In this document: in pieces, positions 35,665 to 50,700 of the stretch | How positions within the stretch are numbered: the first letter of the stretch is position 1 | Layout of the letters: each line of letters opens with the position of its first letter | Assembly (NCBI GenBank): GCA_051362555.1 | Contig: CM120648.1 | Location: 7,374,587-7,438,586 of the forward strand | DNA: 64,000 nt | Source of the DNA: Lingula anatina | Lineage: Eukaryota; Animalia; Brachiopoda | Direction: 5' to 3' | Position numbers and translations under genes: made by a program | The notes under the pieces: generated by a model | The model's input: the letters and a program-made list of their open reading frames with translations, nothing else | Databases searched by the model: none | Told to the model about the DNA's origin: nothing

Positions 35665-38600
35665 CTGAGCAAATACTTTTCTTCGCAGTTTTCAGTAGGC
35701 CATCTTGCTATGGATGGCCTGCACTTTGTTTTTTGGCATAGGCTGTGCTTCTAATCTTTTCTTTTTTACTCAATTGTATTCTATTAATAGATTGCTTCAC
35801 TTTTGCTGTATATCATTTTTGCTCTGAGGTATTATGGATTAATATACCGGTATATATTTGTGTTATTTTGAGGACTTAAATGCTGGAAACCCTGCTTGGT
35901 TTAAATGTTGATGCTGTGGTCTACTACAATTTCTGTGTTATGTGGCTGTTTTGACAAGTAAAGCTCAAGTATCTGTCTGTATTGCAAGTCACAGGATGCT
36001 TTAAAACCTTGTGTGTCATTTGGATAAAATGGCTCAAATCAACAAGAAGAAAAATTAGAAGAATATTTTGTGAATATGCTTGAATTGTTAATTAAATAAA
36101 ATATAAAAGAGAAGAAACTATGCAGTCTACATTTTTGTCAGTAATTCCCCTTTTAGGTATTATTTACTTTCCCAGCACAAAAAAAAAGGATAACCATTTT
36201 AGTGGGGAAAAATATACATTTCCTTCATCATTTTTCAAAATATCTTTTCTACAAAATCTTAAAATAACAGCCCTTCTGAATGGAAATAATTAGCATGGCT
36301 TGTCTTTAGTGACCTTACAGTTGTTAGGGTCGCTGTGTTGTAGCCTAATAACTGTAATGACTGGAACATACCCTCTATCACAGACAGTCATAACTTTTTG
36401 CCACTTTTCAGAGTACATTTATTCTTGAAACTATATAAACATACATGTACAGGCAAATATATATATTACTTTCTCTTACAGCAATAACTACCAATGACTA
36501 TCATGATATCATTTCTTTAGTTTTAAGACTGGTGCAAAAGACTAATTACAAAATATCAAGCCAATCATAGTAGTGCGTGTGCCTGTGTGCGTTTTTTTTT
36601 TTCTTTTTCCTGCATGTGCATGCATGTGTGGTATCTCTTAATTACACATATGTGTTAAACTGTATCCAGAGACTGGTAAAATGTCTGAGCAAAGTAAATG
36701 CTGCTAAATTACAACAATTGTCCCCTTGCGAGAGTATGAAAAGCTTTACATTCCACGAAAAGTCTGAAAACATCTTTTATCCAAGCAGTAAGGAAAACTG
36801 GATGAACCAACTCATGAGATTAAAAAAATGGATGTTATAAAATATATCCATGTACCACATTGACCAATAGGACAGCTTTTTAAGAGAGTCCTTTCAACAA
36901 CTAGAGAGGGCTGATTAGGCATAGCACAACTATGTTTGTATTTCCTGTCAGCTACAACCCACTACTGTCATACCCAGAGACAAATTAACACTGGCACTGA
37001 TTGGACAAATTCTAGCACCGTCTTGAGCCCTCCTTCCACCCCGACCAAATGGATGTACAAAGAGCATTTTGTCTGGAAAAAATGATGCGATTTTCTAATA
37101 ATCTCAACACTCTGACAGGAGTAGGATGTTTTTGAAGAGGTGGAAGCTAGCAAAGGCAGCTACAAAGGTCATAAATTTGGAAAATGTTGAACCTGGGAAT
37201 GAGACAAACAAATTCCATGTTCCAAAGATTTGACAATGACACTAGGAACAGATGGGTTGCCAAATGAAAATCTACTAAATATCAAGCATTCTTTTGGCAA
37301 CCATTTTTTGTTTGTTTGTTTTTGAATACTGTTAAGTGAATAAACCGAGGGGTCAATCAAATTCCATTGGTGATTTAATGAAATAATGCTTTGGTCTTTG
37401 AATATAATGCCACAATGTGTCTAAAGGAAAAATGCCTTCACACATTTATGTCACAAAAATTTCACTATAAAACTAAGTCCCTAAATGTAATTTCTGAAAA
37501 TTTTATTAATAGTTTTAAGAGTTGAAATTTTCATTTTACTTCAAAATCAAGATTCATCATAGAAACATCTCAAATAAATGTTTCCCGGCCTCCAATTGAA
37601 GACTGAAAAAAAAAAATTAAACTAAGAAAGAAAAACACAACAATAAAACACAATGAAAATATGTATAACACCATTCAAGAATAATTGTGATAAAAAAGCT
37701 GTCCACCCATCCTTAAACATGTCAATTTTTTCTTTCAGTTTTCTTGATAAAATATCGACAGCAAGTGGGGCCATTACTGTCAGCAATGGCATCCTCATGA
37801 ACTTCAGTGGGTGTCCACCAATTTCGTTCCTCAAACGACACGTCCACACTACTGGGCACCTCAACTAACAACCAGGCCCTTGAATATGGATATGGCCATG
37901 CTCTGCTAATGCTAAGGGGCATGATACCTACCCACTGCGGCCCAGAGGGAGGATTTTGAAAACTTTCTAGGAACTCTGTTGACTTCCATGTTCCTATGCA
38001 GTATCTCACATATATCAGTGATTTGCTGATAGCTGCATGTCGACCACAATTGCGGGACCTCTTCCATTACACAGTGTTGACGATGTGGTTTTTACAGAAA
38101 ATCACTTCAAGAAGTGCTAAGATTCTTTTTCAACAAGGTCTGATATCTTTGTGGTTAAAACTGCTGTGTTTTCCTTTTTCACTGTTTTTTGTCTATACAC
38201 TTGTTTAAATTTGCACTTGAAGACATGGTGGTAAGGTTACAGTTTTATCAGACACAATATAGTTTATTGCCTAATGGTCTTACTTTTAACCTGGGTAAAT
38301 TAAAATTAACTTGCAACTTTGTTTTTTACTTTCAGTAATAATTGAATTGAAAGGATTTGATTTCTTAATTATTTACTAACTGCAATATCATGTAATACAC
38401 TTAGTTTACTCTTAGTCTCTTCAGATAGCCCCTGAAGAATAATGGCGAACATATCAGAGGACCATGTTTGATGCTGCACTTGTAAACAAGATTAATTACA
38501 GCCTACTGAACACAAATCACCTTTTTCACATTCTGAAAATTCCCAAGGCTTTTCTGAGAAATTTATCCCCAACTTAAGTAGCATCGCACAGTTCAATCAT

Positions 38601-41600
38601 ATCACATGAAAACAACAGCTTAAACAATATGGCCACCAGCAACGGCGACACTTGTATCATCTTGAATCTGCAAAAGGGCAAAGAAGGCACATGCCGTGGC
38701 ACAAACACTCCAAAATGCTGATTTTTTGCTGACACACAAATGTTTTTTCTTTTTCTATGGCAATCGAAGAAACTGTCTGACAAAAAAAGTCTCCCTTCAA
38801 ATTTTCACCTGCACACACCCTCCACAATTGTGAAATTTTACATAAAAATAAAATAAATATAAAAATGTACATTTTTAAAAGAATACGTTCCATAATGATT
38901 TCCTCATCAAATACTCTCCCTACACATTCTTCTTGTTTTACTGAAAGAGGGGTTCTCAAATCCTATATCATCAATAATCTAAAAGAAACAAATTGTCGAG
39001 AAAATCCTTTCTCACCAAAATGCAACTCCTCAAATTTTTCTGATAAGGCTTCATCAGATATAAGGATGGAAAAAAAAAGATGAATAATCTTCCAGAAAAT
39101 ATTTTCCCACCAAAAATTTGCCTCCTTAAATTTTTCCTGACAAACAAGTGTTCATCACCGAGAAGTCAGTAATTTACAGCCAAAGTTAAGTGCTTTTACA
39201 CAGCGAGAATGAAGAGAACGAGGGGAGGACAACTCTTATCCCACATTTATCACTCCCGCAGTTGATCCTGCGAACAGATGGCAAGATCATGAATCTGAGG
39301 ATACAAGCAATAAAAGACATTTCCTCCCGCAGAGAGAGAATCTCTTCTCAGTGCTAAACATAAACCAAGAGCCCTTTGCTCGAAGAGTGAAAATCTCCTC
39401 TCACCGAGAAACCAGCTTTCTGGCAGAGACAGGAGTAGTTCTCACTGCCAAACATGTTGCAGAACTCCTAATGCCAAAAAGACCATCACTATGTAGTGGT
39501 ATAAATTGAATATCTACTTCTTCTAAAGAGAGCATCTCCTCTTGGTGACTAAAAGACAGAGCCCTTTACGCTAAGGAAACAACTTCTTTGAGTTTGTCTT
39601 AAAGCCATATGATCACACATAGAGAGCTTTGAATGCTCACTCTACGCATAAATAAATTCAGACATTCTGGTTTAACTTAAACTTCATATTGCTGGACAGC
39701 TAGTGTTGAAGCCTGAATACAATTTAATGTCATATATACTCATGTTTACTCAGTTTATATATCTGGTCTTGGTGAGAATGTGAACATGCTTCTTCTTGGT
39801 TTAGTTAGTTTCAACACAAATTCTCCATTTTTGGGGCTGTGTTACTTCTCGAAGACAATCTGCTCATCTTTGCTGCTAAACTTATAAGTAAAAGTACTAT
39901 TTTTGGAGCTGGGGAATGAAGTCTGTTATGTTTTAGCATACTTTCTTTTTATTCTCTGATAAGACGTAATTTCTATCCCTTGTTTCAACACCAGAAGTGT
40001 ATTGTGAAACAACACAACTTGATATGAATCCACTTTGTTTTGTCCAACCCCTTTCCTCTCCTAATGTGGATAATTTCTGTAAACAGCTTGCTGCCAAGTT
40101 GGCTACATCTCATTTCGTGTTTGGCAGTATTTCACTATATTTTCTATTTGTTTTTGGCAATTTTACCCTTTCTTGGAACTAATCTTGCATGTTTCTGCAT
40201 GTTATGTTGACCTTTATAAATAAAATTATTAGTTGTGTTCCATCAAAAGCTTATATTTCTTAGGTACCATTGTAAAGAGAAAATTTATTTCTATCCTGTA
40301 GAACCTCTCTGAGGACACTTAATAAAGAACAGAGAAATTTTTCAAAAGAACATATTAAAAAATCCTTAAAATAAAATTCTTTCAATTAACAAGTTTTTGA
40401 CAATAAGTAACATAGAATGAACATTCAGTTCAGGTACAGAAAAGTATAAACCAAGGAACACCAAATGCCAATTAAACTGTCATTATCTCTCCCCACACTT
40501 GGTTATTTTTTTGACCACAGCAATTTCTTGAATTTTGAAGGAGAAAAAATCTTTTCATCTTTGGTCTCTTGATGGCACTCCACGGACATCAGCTATTCCA
40601 GAACGGAAATGAGCAATCAGAAACGAAGGACCATCTTCCTAAGCCCTAGTCTACAATCTCCAGGCTTCCATGTGGAATCTGTCATATTATCAACCAAGAC
40701 TTTTTTTCACAAAATTTTGTACCCTAATCTGCCCCATTCATATCCCCCTACACAGACCTTCAACTGAGACTGGTCATCTGAAACGACTAGAAATGTAGAA
40801 AAAAATTCTGTTGTGAAGTTGACGTTCTAAGAAAGCATCCTGCCACTGTCATTATTCCATATTCAAGATGCATTTGCACCTTGACAAGATGTGTGCATTT
40901 TATCCTAATTTTGAATTCAGCATTATTCTTAAAGAAAGTAATAAGTGTTATCATATTAACTTTTCCTGGATTAGCAGACACCTGTTTGAGGAAATACCTC
41001 CACTGAGTTCCACTGCAATGTATATATATATATATAAATATGTAACCACAGACAAAAATAACTTTGGTTATTTTGTCAAAGATATAATACACCTAACCAA
41101 AATATATAACAAATGCTTTATCTACCCGAATATTTAAGTGAAAAAATGTATTAATAAAAACTTGTTTAAACACTCTTGCCTTGGATGAGTTGAACAAACA
41201 CCTGAGTTGAACAAACACCTGTTCAAGAGAGCGCCCTCTAGTTGGTGTCAGTCCCTATGTTGAGTTGGCAGCTTCACAGGAAGGGCTCAGCAGTGGTTTG
41301 CACCATAAAGATAAGACGAAGCAAATTCCAATTTAAAAAGACAAGGGGCACATGGTATAAACTCCTTGTTTAGCATAAATCTTACAATCTGGTGACTTGT
41401 AAAGACTAATACTTGCACATTTTAATGAAGATTTTTAATCCTTTTAAAAAATAAGCACTTGTTGGCTGACAAACAAACAAATAGGATTGGATATAATGAA
41501 ATTTTTTTTTTTTTAATATGAAATGAAAAGTCTGGCAACGTCCTTTTATTCTATATTCAGTATGAATATTTTTCATTAATTTTGCTGTTGACAGTAACTT

Positions 41601-43749
41601 TCAACTTTAAATCAAAAGAAATAAGGGGATCAATCAAATTAACATCATACTTTTTTAATTTACCAATGTTTTGATAACATAAGTCAAGAAACAAAATTTC
41701 AAAATCCTTTGACCTATATGCCAGTGAGACCTCATAAGTGCACTACTTCCTTTGTAAATCTTCAGTATCTGATAATATTGTTTATCGCCCTGTGACTGGA
41801 ATGACTGGTAAGACGGAGTCTGCATATTTCTTCCTTCAGAGGCCACATTGGCTTCTTATTTTATTTATAATTTTTTTTTTATTTTTGATATCAAATTGAT
41901 TATCTGGTAACATTGCTGAACTGAAATGTTGACAGAAGAAAATATACCAATCTATCCCAATGAAAGACTTTGCTTATGAAATTATCTAATAAAAGCTGCA
42001 TCCTTCAGGCAGCCAATACTGGCTTTGTATGGTATATAATTTTTGATTGGTAATTATAACACACTGTCTATAATTGTTTTCAAAGAAATGTAAGTTTTGA
42101 CAATCATGGAAATTGTTGTCCTCAAAAAATAAAAAAAAGAAAAAGAAAACATTTCTTTACATAATGCAGTAAACAATGTTGAATATTGCTAATAATTAGA
42201 AAAGAAATCAAATGATTTGAGACTACAAACGGAAGCCAAGAGAAATCAAAATTGTCAACCTCTCCTGAGCTCTCCAGAACAGAGGAGCATAAATTTATTC
42301 ATCAGATGATAAAAAACATCTTTTAAAGGTCTATTACAACCATATGTAATAGTGGCTCTTTACGCTTAGCTAGTGGCAAACATGTTCTCCCCCACGAATT
42401 TCACCATAGATCACTAAGTCTCCTCTCCTGCATGTTTCACAGTGCGAGGCAGCTGTGCAGCCATTTGCCAGATCACTTCTCCCGCTGTGGCGCAGACACT
42501 ATATGGCCGTTCTCTATACCGTAGGCTAACCTATCCCACATAAATTTCACAAGAGAATGAGTTTCACAGGGCCCAAACTGTCAATAAGTGGGCAATGATG
42601 CTGCCATCGTATGTCTCCCAGTGACAGCATTGGAGATACATCAGTATAAGAGTTTGCTAATAGTGTTCCCATGTACTGTGATGGGGCTGTTGAAAAAAAA
42701 ATTGTTCGCACCTAATTCGCAAGGGTTATATCACATATTATGGAATGCATATTGTTCTTTTTTTATCTTTTGATCTTTTTGAATGTGGTGGAATCTAAAT
42801 GGGAAAGTTTCTTGCATTAGTTGGCTTTTTTAAAGCACTGAAATGTAGAAATGTCTGTAGGAAATGGACCATTTGAAATCGCAATTATGCCATTTTGGAC
42901 TTTTTGTCTTTCTTCAAGTATTGAGAGTCAAAAGAAGAAACTGCTTCACAGAACATATATCATGGCAGACCTTGCATTTTTGGGTGCAGAGGTCTTCCAA
43001 TCATCTTTGTTATGGAATCAACCCAAAGCTTGGCAGCAAAAAGACTTATTCCAATGCCACATAAGTAAAGTGCATCAAATTCAGTAAAACATTTTTAATG
43101 AAAAGAAAATTGGAAACATTTCTCTTTCAGTCAACCTGCTCTAACTTCCATTCATGTTCTTGCCACAGAGGAGAGTTCAACTGAGGCCAGACATGATGGG
43201 GATCTTGACAGAGTTCACACAAGAGAAAAAAGAACCGGTTCTATAGTAAATGACACCATCAACACAGTGTGGTGATCCATTAGGTCACCAGCCCAGCAAA
43301 AGGCATGAAGTTGTGCAATGGTGTGCCCCTGCTTAGCTGACACCTGTCTGTTCACTTTAGTCTGGCCAGATGATGTCATAAAGGAGGCCACTGCAGGAAC
43401 CAATCGACTTGTTTCTAGTGTGAACCCATATGTGGAATATGATATTGTAATTTGGTCTCAGAAAACAAACTTTCTTTCAGTAGGTATCAACTCAAGGCTA
43501 TAAGCATCAGTATAGGCATTCTCTTGGGGCAAACTGAGTTCAAAACTATTTGAAACATTCCCTAAAACAACTATTCATTCCTAGTCTTACGTACTGTTCC
43601 AACCCCTCAACTGTTCTTTTAGCTACTGGTCATGATTTATAATTTTTTCTTTCTTCAAAGCAAATGGCATATCTTTAAAGCAAATGAATTTTTTTTCAAA
43701 AATTTTTCTTTCTGGTCTTCCTTGCTAAATCAGAATCAATCCCCCAAAC

Positions 43750-43752
<3 letters not shown>

Positions 43753-43815
<63 letters not shown>
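43753..43815. repeat. (CT)n microsatellite
   Basis: Directly visible. Confidence 0.95.
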
Positions 43816-43818
<3 letters not shown>

Positions 43819-45120
43819 CTGCTCAGCTTTGCCTCTCCTGTCCTTTGCCAATATAAGGTTCTCCACATATCCAGTCAAAGCACTAACAGATCTCATGAAC
43901 ATACACACATATGGTCCACTGCCCCCAATGTCAACTATAGGCAGATGTCCAGACACTGGTGCTGAGATACATCTTTCAGAAGTAATTTTGTGTAAAACGG
44001 AAACCAAAAAAGAAACAAAACAGCATCTGTTCTGTCTCACTCCACTGATGCACTGTAATGTCGCCTCTTATGTGATTTTCTACATTGAAGCTGATTATGT
44101 ACATTGGGGAATCATTTTAAGTTTTAAAGAAATAGCTCATTTTGTATGAAACAATTTTCAGTATGAGTGTTTTGTAAAATAACGTACTTCATTAGCATTA
44201 ATTATTCAGAAAGAAGGGAAGGCAACATTCAAACAGTTTTCTTACATCATCCAGAAAGTTCATATGTGTGAGCATATATATATATATCAAATGCAAATGA
44301 CCCACATCACCCCATCCCTATTTGGAGTCATTACTATCTCTCCTTTCCCAACCCCACTCTCCCCCCCCCCCCCCCCCCAAAAAAAAAAAAAAAATTAATT
44401 CCTTAAATTCCTCCTCTCTCGCTCTTTCTTTCTCATTTTTTTAGAAGAATGTTTAGTAGTAAGGATCAGTGGAAGATAATTGAAAGAAAAGTACTTAACA
44501 TGCAAATGACAATGCCACGGTTTTGGAAAGAGCATTCAGGTCCCCATATTTTCAGAATATCACAAGACTATGGGAGAGTGGATCACCAAAATTGAATGCG
44601 CCATCATCTCTGTCTGATATGCTTGGTTTCCTAATCTGCTTGCATTTCACCTCCACTATGAATCACGTTTGACACCCCATGACAAAGACAGTGCCACATT
44701 TTCTCTCTGATTTCTTCTTGTAATCGAGAGATCATGTCTATGAATTTTTAAAAAATATGTGGAAGTCATCTTGAGAGTCTTCAAGCTCTGACTCTGTGTC
44801 CCTTATAGAAAATGTCAATATGCCAAGAATATATGAATCTCAAGGAAAAGAGGAGTGTTAAAAAAATTAATTTTGTTTGACTGCAAATGTGACATTTTGT
44901 TAGTGCAAATTACACACAAAATCCTGTGGCAAAAATATATCCTTCAAAGATCTTAAAACAGATAAAAAATGTGAAAATGATATAAAAAAAGGCTATAAAT
45001 ATGCCAGTAGCGTTTAGGTACATTTTATTAAAAATGAGCATAAAAAAGACCAATAAATAATCCCCTAAACAGAAGAGTCTTAAATTATTCAAATCATGTA
45101 AAAACAACATTTCAGAGGGA

Positions 45121-45244
45121 AAAAAAGAAGAACTCCTAATAATTTCAATTATTTTACAACCATATTTCATGTTCCCTGTGACAAAAAGAAGAGCTCCTAA
45201 TAATTTCAATTATTTTGCAGCCATATTTCATCTTCCCTGTGACA
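45121..45244. repeat. ~61-bp tandem duplication
   Basis: aaaaagaagaRctcctaataatttcaattattttRcaRccatatttcatSttccctgtgaca twice. Confidence 0.9.
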
Positions 45245-45689
45245 CGAGCATCCTGAGTGAGAGACAACCAGAACGTCCATCACAGACCAGAAAAACTGAC
45301 ATTTGTCTAAAGCACAAAATGACAACTCTGGCATGTACTCTGACGAATATCCTCATCTCAAACTGAGAAAATTGCGACAGACGCACTCGGCTGTCTCCCG
45401 GAAGACAGTGTTTAGCTCTTATGTAATGTGTCAACCCAATCCCAGGGATTAAGCTCCCAGGGGTCCAATGGTTAATTCCCCACAGTTTTAGGTAATGATT
45501 CTTTATCTGCCAATTTGGCAATTTGTCCTGTTCTGCCCTATGGAGTTGTGTGGGTTTGAGGTGATAACCATGATGTCAGGTAATAAGTAGAAGACTGACC
45601 AATGGCTCAGGATGGGGAAGGAATATACAGGTGACATTTTAAAGTTGAGAACTTAAATAACATGGAGAAATTGTGATGACAGATACATC

Positions 45690-45692
<3 letters not shown>

Positions 45693-45763
<71 letters not shown>

Positions 45764-45870
45764 CATCCAGTCTCTTCGCTTCTACCCAGTTCTCTCACAA
45801 CTTCTCATTCCCTTCACTGTCCCCTTATTATTGCATCGTCTAGTCCTTTTTATTTCTCTTTCTGTCCACC

Positions 45871-45915
<45 letters not shown>
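45693..45915. repeat. Two (CT)n microsatellites
   Basis: 45693-45757 and ~45873-45915. Confidence 0.95.
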
Positions 45916-45919
<4 letters not shown>

Positions 45920-47638
45920 CACAGATTATGGTAAATAAGATCAGTCTCTTTGCATGTCGAGTAGAATCCCTATACTGCTGTGCCCTTAATTAAATCCTAT
46001 CTCAGTAGATGTTAAACTAGCAAAGTAATTAGAGAATTGATTTGATTACATGGTCCATAAAACCTTAACTCAATAGTCATCCCCAGGAGAATTATCCATA
46101 GCCATCCTATTCTATGAAATCTCTGCTTGCTGCTTCAGGCATAATATTACTATACAGGGTTGCCGATCATTTCTACTTTGGAATATTACATGCCATTTTG
46201 ACTGTTGAGACTTTTTGATTTTCGGCATTTTCATAGGAAAATCACGTAAAAAGAAAAGACCTTATGCATATTATGTTTAATATCATCAAAAGCTGCTGAG
46301 ATAGATTATCTAATTCAGTGCCTTTTTGAAATCTGTGCATTTTCTAAGGGAACTCGAGGTGTGTGTGCATGGGGAGGGGGGGGGGTGAATTTTGGTGGAC
46401 TGTGGAGGGGGGGGTGGAGAAAACGAAAGCTTACACTGCAGGGTTTATCTGAGCACTTACGCTATTCATTATCAATCATCTTACAACTTATAAAAAATTT
46501 CTGCCAAATCAATGAATTTTTTAATGTAAATTGAAATAGAAGAACCTACACGTATGTATCATAACGCACATTATATTCCTAAGTCTTTTGGGCATGACTT
46601 GCAGTTAATGCACCTTTTAAATATGAAGGAGATAAGAGGGGATCATTGTGATCATTTCAAACAAAAAATATCTATGCCTGACTTAGTTCAAAACAGCCAT
46701 CTGCATCAGTTTGCGAGCAACTGGTAAAATTCTCACAAACTGTGACATCTTCTTCTAAAACTGCCATATAACATTTCCCAATAGCATGATTAGCGCATTT
46801 TCATATTTATCAAGCATGTGACTGTTTCCAAAGACTTGATTACCCAACAAAGCGTGGTTGGACTCAGAAACCTGTTGGCAGTCACAAAGACTCTTTTCAC
46901 TCCCTCTGGTGAGCCCAATGAGGCATTCACTGCCACTTTTGTCTCCCTCATCCTTTTGTCCCCAGGTACAATTGTTCCCGTTTCGGTGCTGTCAATATTT
47001 AAGTGTGGGGTCAATCGTATCAGAGTCCTCCCCAGAGGCGAGATCTGTTAAACTGTGTCAATCATCCGAATTGATTCTAGTCACCTTTATTTGTGCAACT
47101 AATTGCTGACAAACAACAAGATGCTGTCAATAAATTACTGGAGATGCCTCACCTTTTAGGTATACCACACTTCACATGTACAATACACATAGAAAGATGC
47201 TCCCATAATTATTTCAATAAAAGGATGCAGGGAACTTAGAGGCCTGTTGTTTTCCTCTAGGGGATTGACAACATGCATGGAAAATTGACATAATGTCTAA
47301 TTCTTTGTTTGTAACCATTAACTTACTATTATAATATACAAACAACATAAAAGATGTTCCCTTGCTTTCATTAAAAGGAGCAAGAGAGAAAAGCTAAGGG
47401 TCTGTTCTTTTCCTTCGGGGGATTTAACTAAATAATGGAGAATTGACTTAGAGACTTAAGTCTTTGTTCCTCCCCATTAGAGACGTTGTAATAGAAGTCG
47501 CTGAGATGAAGAACTTCTGGGAGATAAACTGCCAAATTCCAGGTGATGTGTTTGAATGATTAACTTGTCACTCTGAATTACCTCCCCCCCCCCCCCACCA
47601 CCACCAAAAAAAACCTACAGGCTTATCCCTAGAACTGA

Positions 47639-47643
<5 letters not shown>

Positions 47644-47708
<65 letters not shown>
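47644..47708. repeat. (GA)n microsatellite
   Basis: Directly visible. Confidence 0.95.
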
Positions 47709-47710
<2 letters not shown>

Positions 47711-50700
47711 CAGTAATAAGCTTATCACATGACCAAAACAAATAGCTCCAACAACAGAAGAGGATGCCGTCTCCCTTCACTGATCAGTTAGATACCTGGA
47801 CATTGCAATTAGTCCAGGAAATGGCACAAAGCTTTCATCATTTAACTAATCAATAAGATTAGCTCCCCGTTGCATGGTATAAATACATGCGGAGATTCAC
47901 TTCCTTTACTGTCCTTTTTTCATAACTCCCATGAAAGAAATACTCCATTATGGACCCACTGTTTTTATGTTTATTCTCTAGTCAGACACACACCAATGAT
48001 TTCACAAAATCCCTATTTCACTAAGTGTTTTTATCTTCTTTACCGTGCATAACATATTTTGTCTTTCTTGTTTTCATTGATTTTCAATACTGGCAACATT
48101 CTCTTCAAAAATAGGTAGATAACTGAACTTACTAAGCACAAAAAGGTTAGAAATATATTTTCCAAGTTTTAATCATCAACATTCCAATTTCTATGATTGG
48201 TAGAAAAAGTTAAACGTCAACAATAGTTCTGCAGAGAAGTTGTTCAGTTCTTTTTAAAATTCTGGCCACTTCTTACAATAAATAATGCTCCCTAATATCC
48301 TCTTTGTAAAGACATTTTACTTAAAATTAATGATAATCTGTTTTCCTTTCTACCTATTTTCTCTTTTCAAAAAAATACTTCTTCCTTCCCATTCTTAATA
48401 TTGACAATTTCCTGCTCTCACAACAAACATATCTTTTCCTTAAGTTTTTCCACTAAAGATTAGACACTGGTTACAATATCACATACTAAAAAAAAAAAAA
48501 AAAAACATAAGCACTAAATGCACTCTTTGCCCGCTAAAAAATTACTATAAAACAGCTAGATTATGATTAAAACAGTGTCTCAGGGAAGTCCATTGCAAAA
48601 TGAGCAGACTTAACTGTTATGCAAAAAATTCGTGAGTGCAGTTGGATAGGTGTATTTTTAAAGCAGCTAAGGATTAATTTTTTGATGAAATTGCTGCTCT
48701 TGTGACTTAAAGTACATGATAAAAGTCCATCAACCTGGCTTCCTGAGTGGACAGAATTATTTACATTTGACTGTGTCAAATTTCATGTCCCACGCATCTG
48801 AATTCTTATCTATTTCCAAATTTATCAAAATGACTGCTAAAATACAAACAGTCGTGATCCACGATGCACCTGTCAGATACGGAGTCCTCAATTCAAGTGA
48901 TATAACTCCCATCCTGAGGAAATTGGTACAAATTGCAATGACAGAGAGCCCCAGTCAATTGAGCAAATAACTACAGAAGATACGAAAATATCTAGTTCTC
49001 ATCTCGCTGAAAGATGAACCAATACAATCTGATTTACTATCTGTAATAACAGCCTGTGTTTATAACTGACATCTGTCATAGATAACAAAGTCCTCCACTG
49101 TAACTAGGAAGTCCCTTCACTAGGGATGAGCAAAACACAGGTGATCAGGGGATTATATCAGACTCAGCCTGATTTAAACGTAACATGTAAAGTTCCACAA
49201 AACTGTTCTCAACCGATCTTTCTCCACTGAATATAAATGTTTTTGATTTTTTTTTCTTTTTGGCAATCATGTCTTTGAATCTCAGGAATCATTTTATAGC
49301 TGATTAGTGATTGGCAAAGAATTTGCTGCAATGATGGCAACACAACTTTAACAATTTGATTATTTTCTTTTCTTTTTGTAAAAAGTAAAAAAAAAATCTA
49401 AGGGCAATGATATCTGGATATTTTTTCCTTTCCTTTTATCAAACAAGCAATTCATTACAGTCTTCATCTTAAAACCTAATGTTTAAAGCTTGTTTTGGCC
49501 AATATTAGCTCTTGTTTCATGTAAACTGTCTTCTTTTCACATATATTCAAGCACTTTTGGTTAAATTCTCAGGTAGGCATTATTATAAACACAGTTCAAT
49601 GCCATTTGACTTTTAATCAAGTGATTAGACTGTGTTCTCTTTCAGTTTGACAGAAATCGGGTTTGCAATGATTGATATACATGTTACATTTTCTTGTGGA
49701 ATCTCTTCATCAAATGATCTTCTGCTTCACAAATAAGTCCCCTACCCTCCAATCAGAGTTCAGGTGGGAAATGAACCTAAAGCAATCTGATCAAGACCAA
49801 AACGTGAACTCAGTTACTACTAATTTTACATAAAATGAAGAATATATTTTTAAAATGATTTCGGACATTTTTTTTTTCTGATTCGATCAACATTACTTTT
49901 CTAAAATGCAGACCTTTCTATATGCTACCCCTCCCCCCCCCCCTTTTTTTTTACTAAAAATGTGATTCTTGTTTTGCAATGCGCTTCAAATTTTCGTACT
50001 CCTATATTCCTATATTGCCACTGTCGACTGATTAACTTCTACTGTAACATGCTGTAGTGTTGATCACCATAGCTCCATTACCTATTTTCTTGGACCTTAT
50101 CCTTATCAACTTACAAAGACAAAATTTATTGTCCACCTAGAAAATTATTTTTTGCCCATAAAACAATCCATTCTTCTCTTCCCATCCCATTTTGATATCT
50201 ATTTACTTACAGCGCGATATGTCAAGATGGCGATTCGTCAGACAACGACGACAGCCCTCTTGAGAATTGCCAAGGAATTAATATCTCTATTCCCAGGTAA
50301 TCAAAATAAAAAAGTAAGATTCACCAATTCTCTGAGGGAATTCTACCCTCCACTTGTCAAAGAGACAGGACAGGTCGAATGATGTAGTTAGTAATGATGT
50401 GGGAATTTCAGGTCGTTCAGCCAGGTGGGAGAAGCGAAATTACAATTCTTGATTATCTTCCCTGAAAGGCTGGTAAACATACTTGGCACAAGCAGCAACT
50501 TTATTGGATCTGTTTCTCCGTTGATATCTAAAGGATGGCCTACACAGTGTCTGCTTTCCTGTGCCCCCTATCATAAAAATCTATTCCCCCCTCCTCATCT
50601 GCTCAGATCCATTCCCAGAACGTGGCTAAGTTCAGTCAACAAATATTAAGCTTTGTTGTACTTATTGTTTGCCTCTCCCCCCCCCCCCCCTTGCTCCATA

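Noticed and set aside
41186-41221. 17-bp tandem duplication (also 20021-20048, 52186-52209)
   Set aside because: Ordinary replication-slippage duplications with no other signal.
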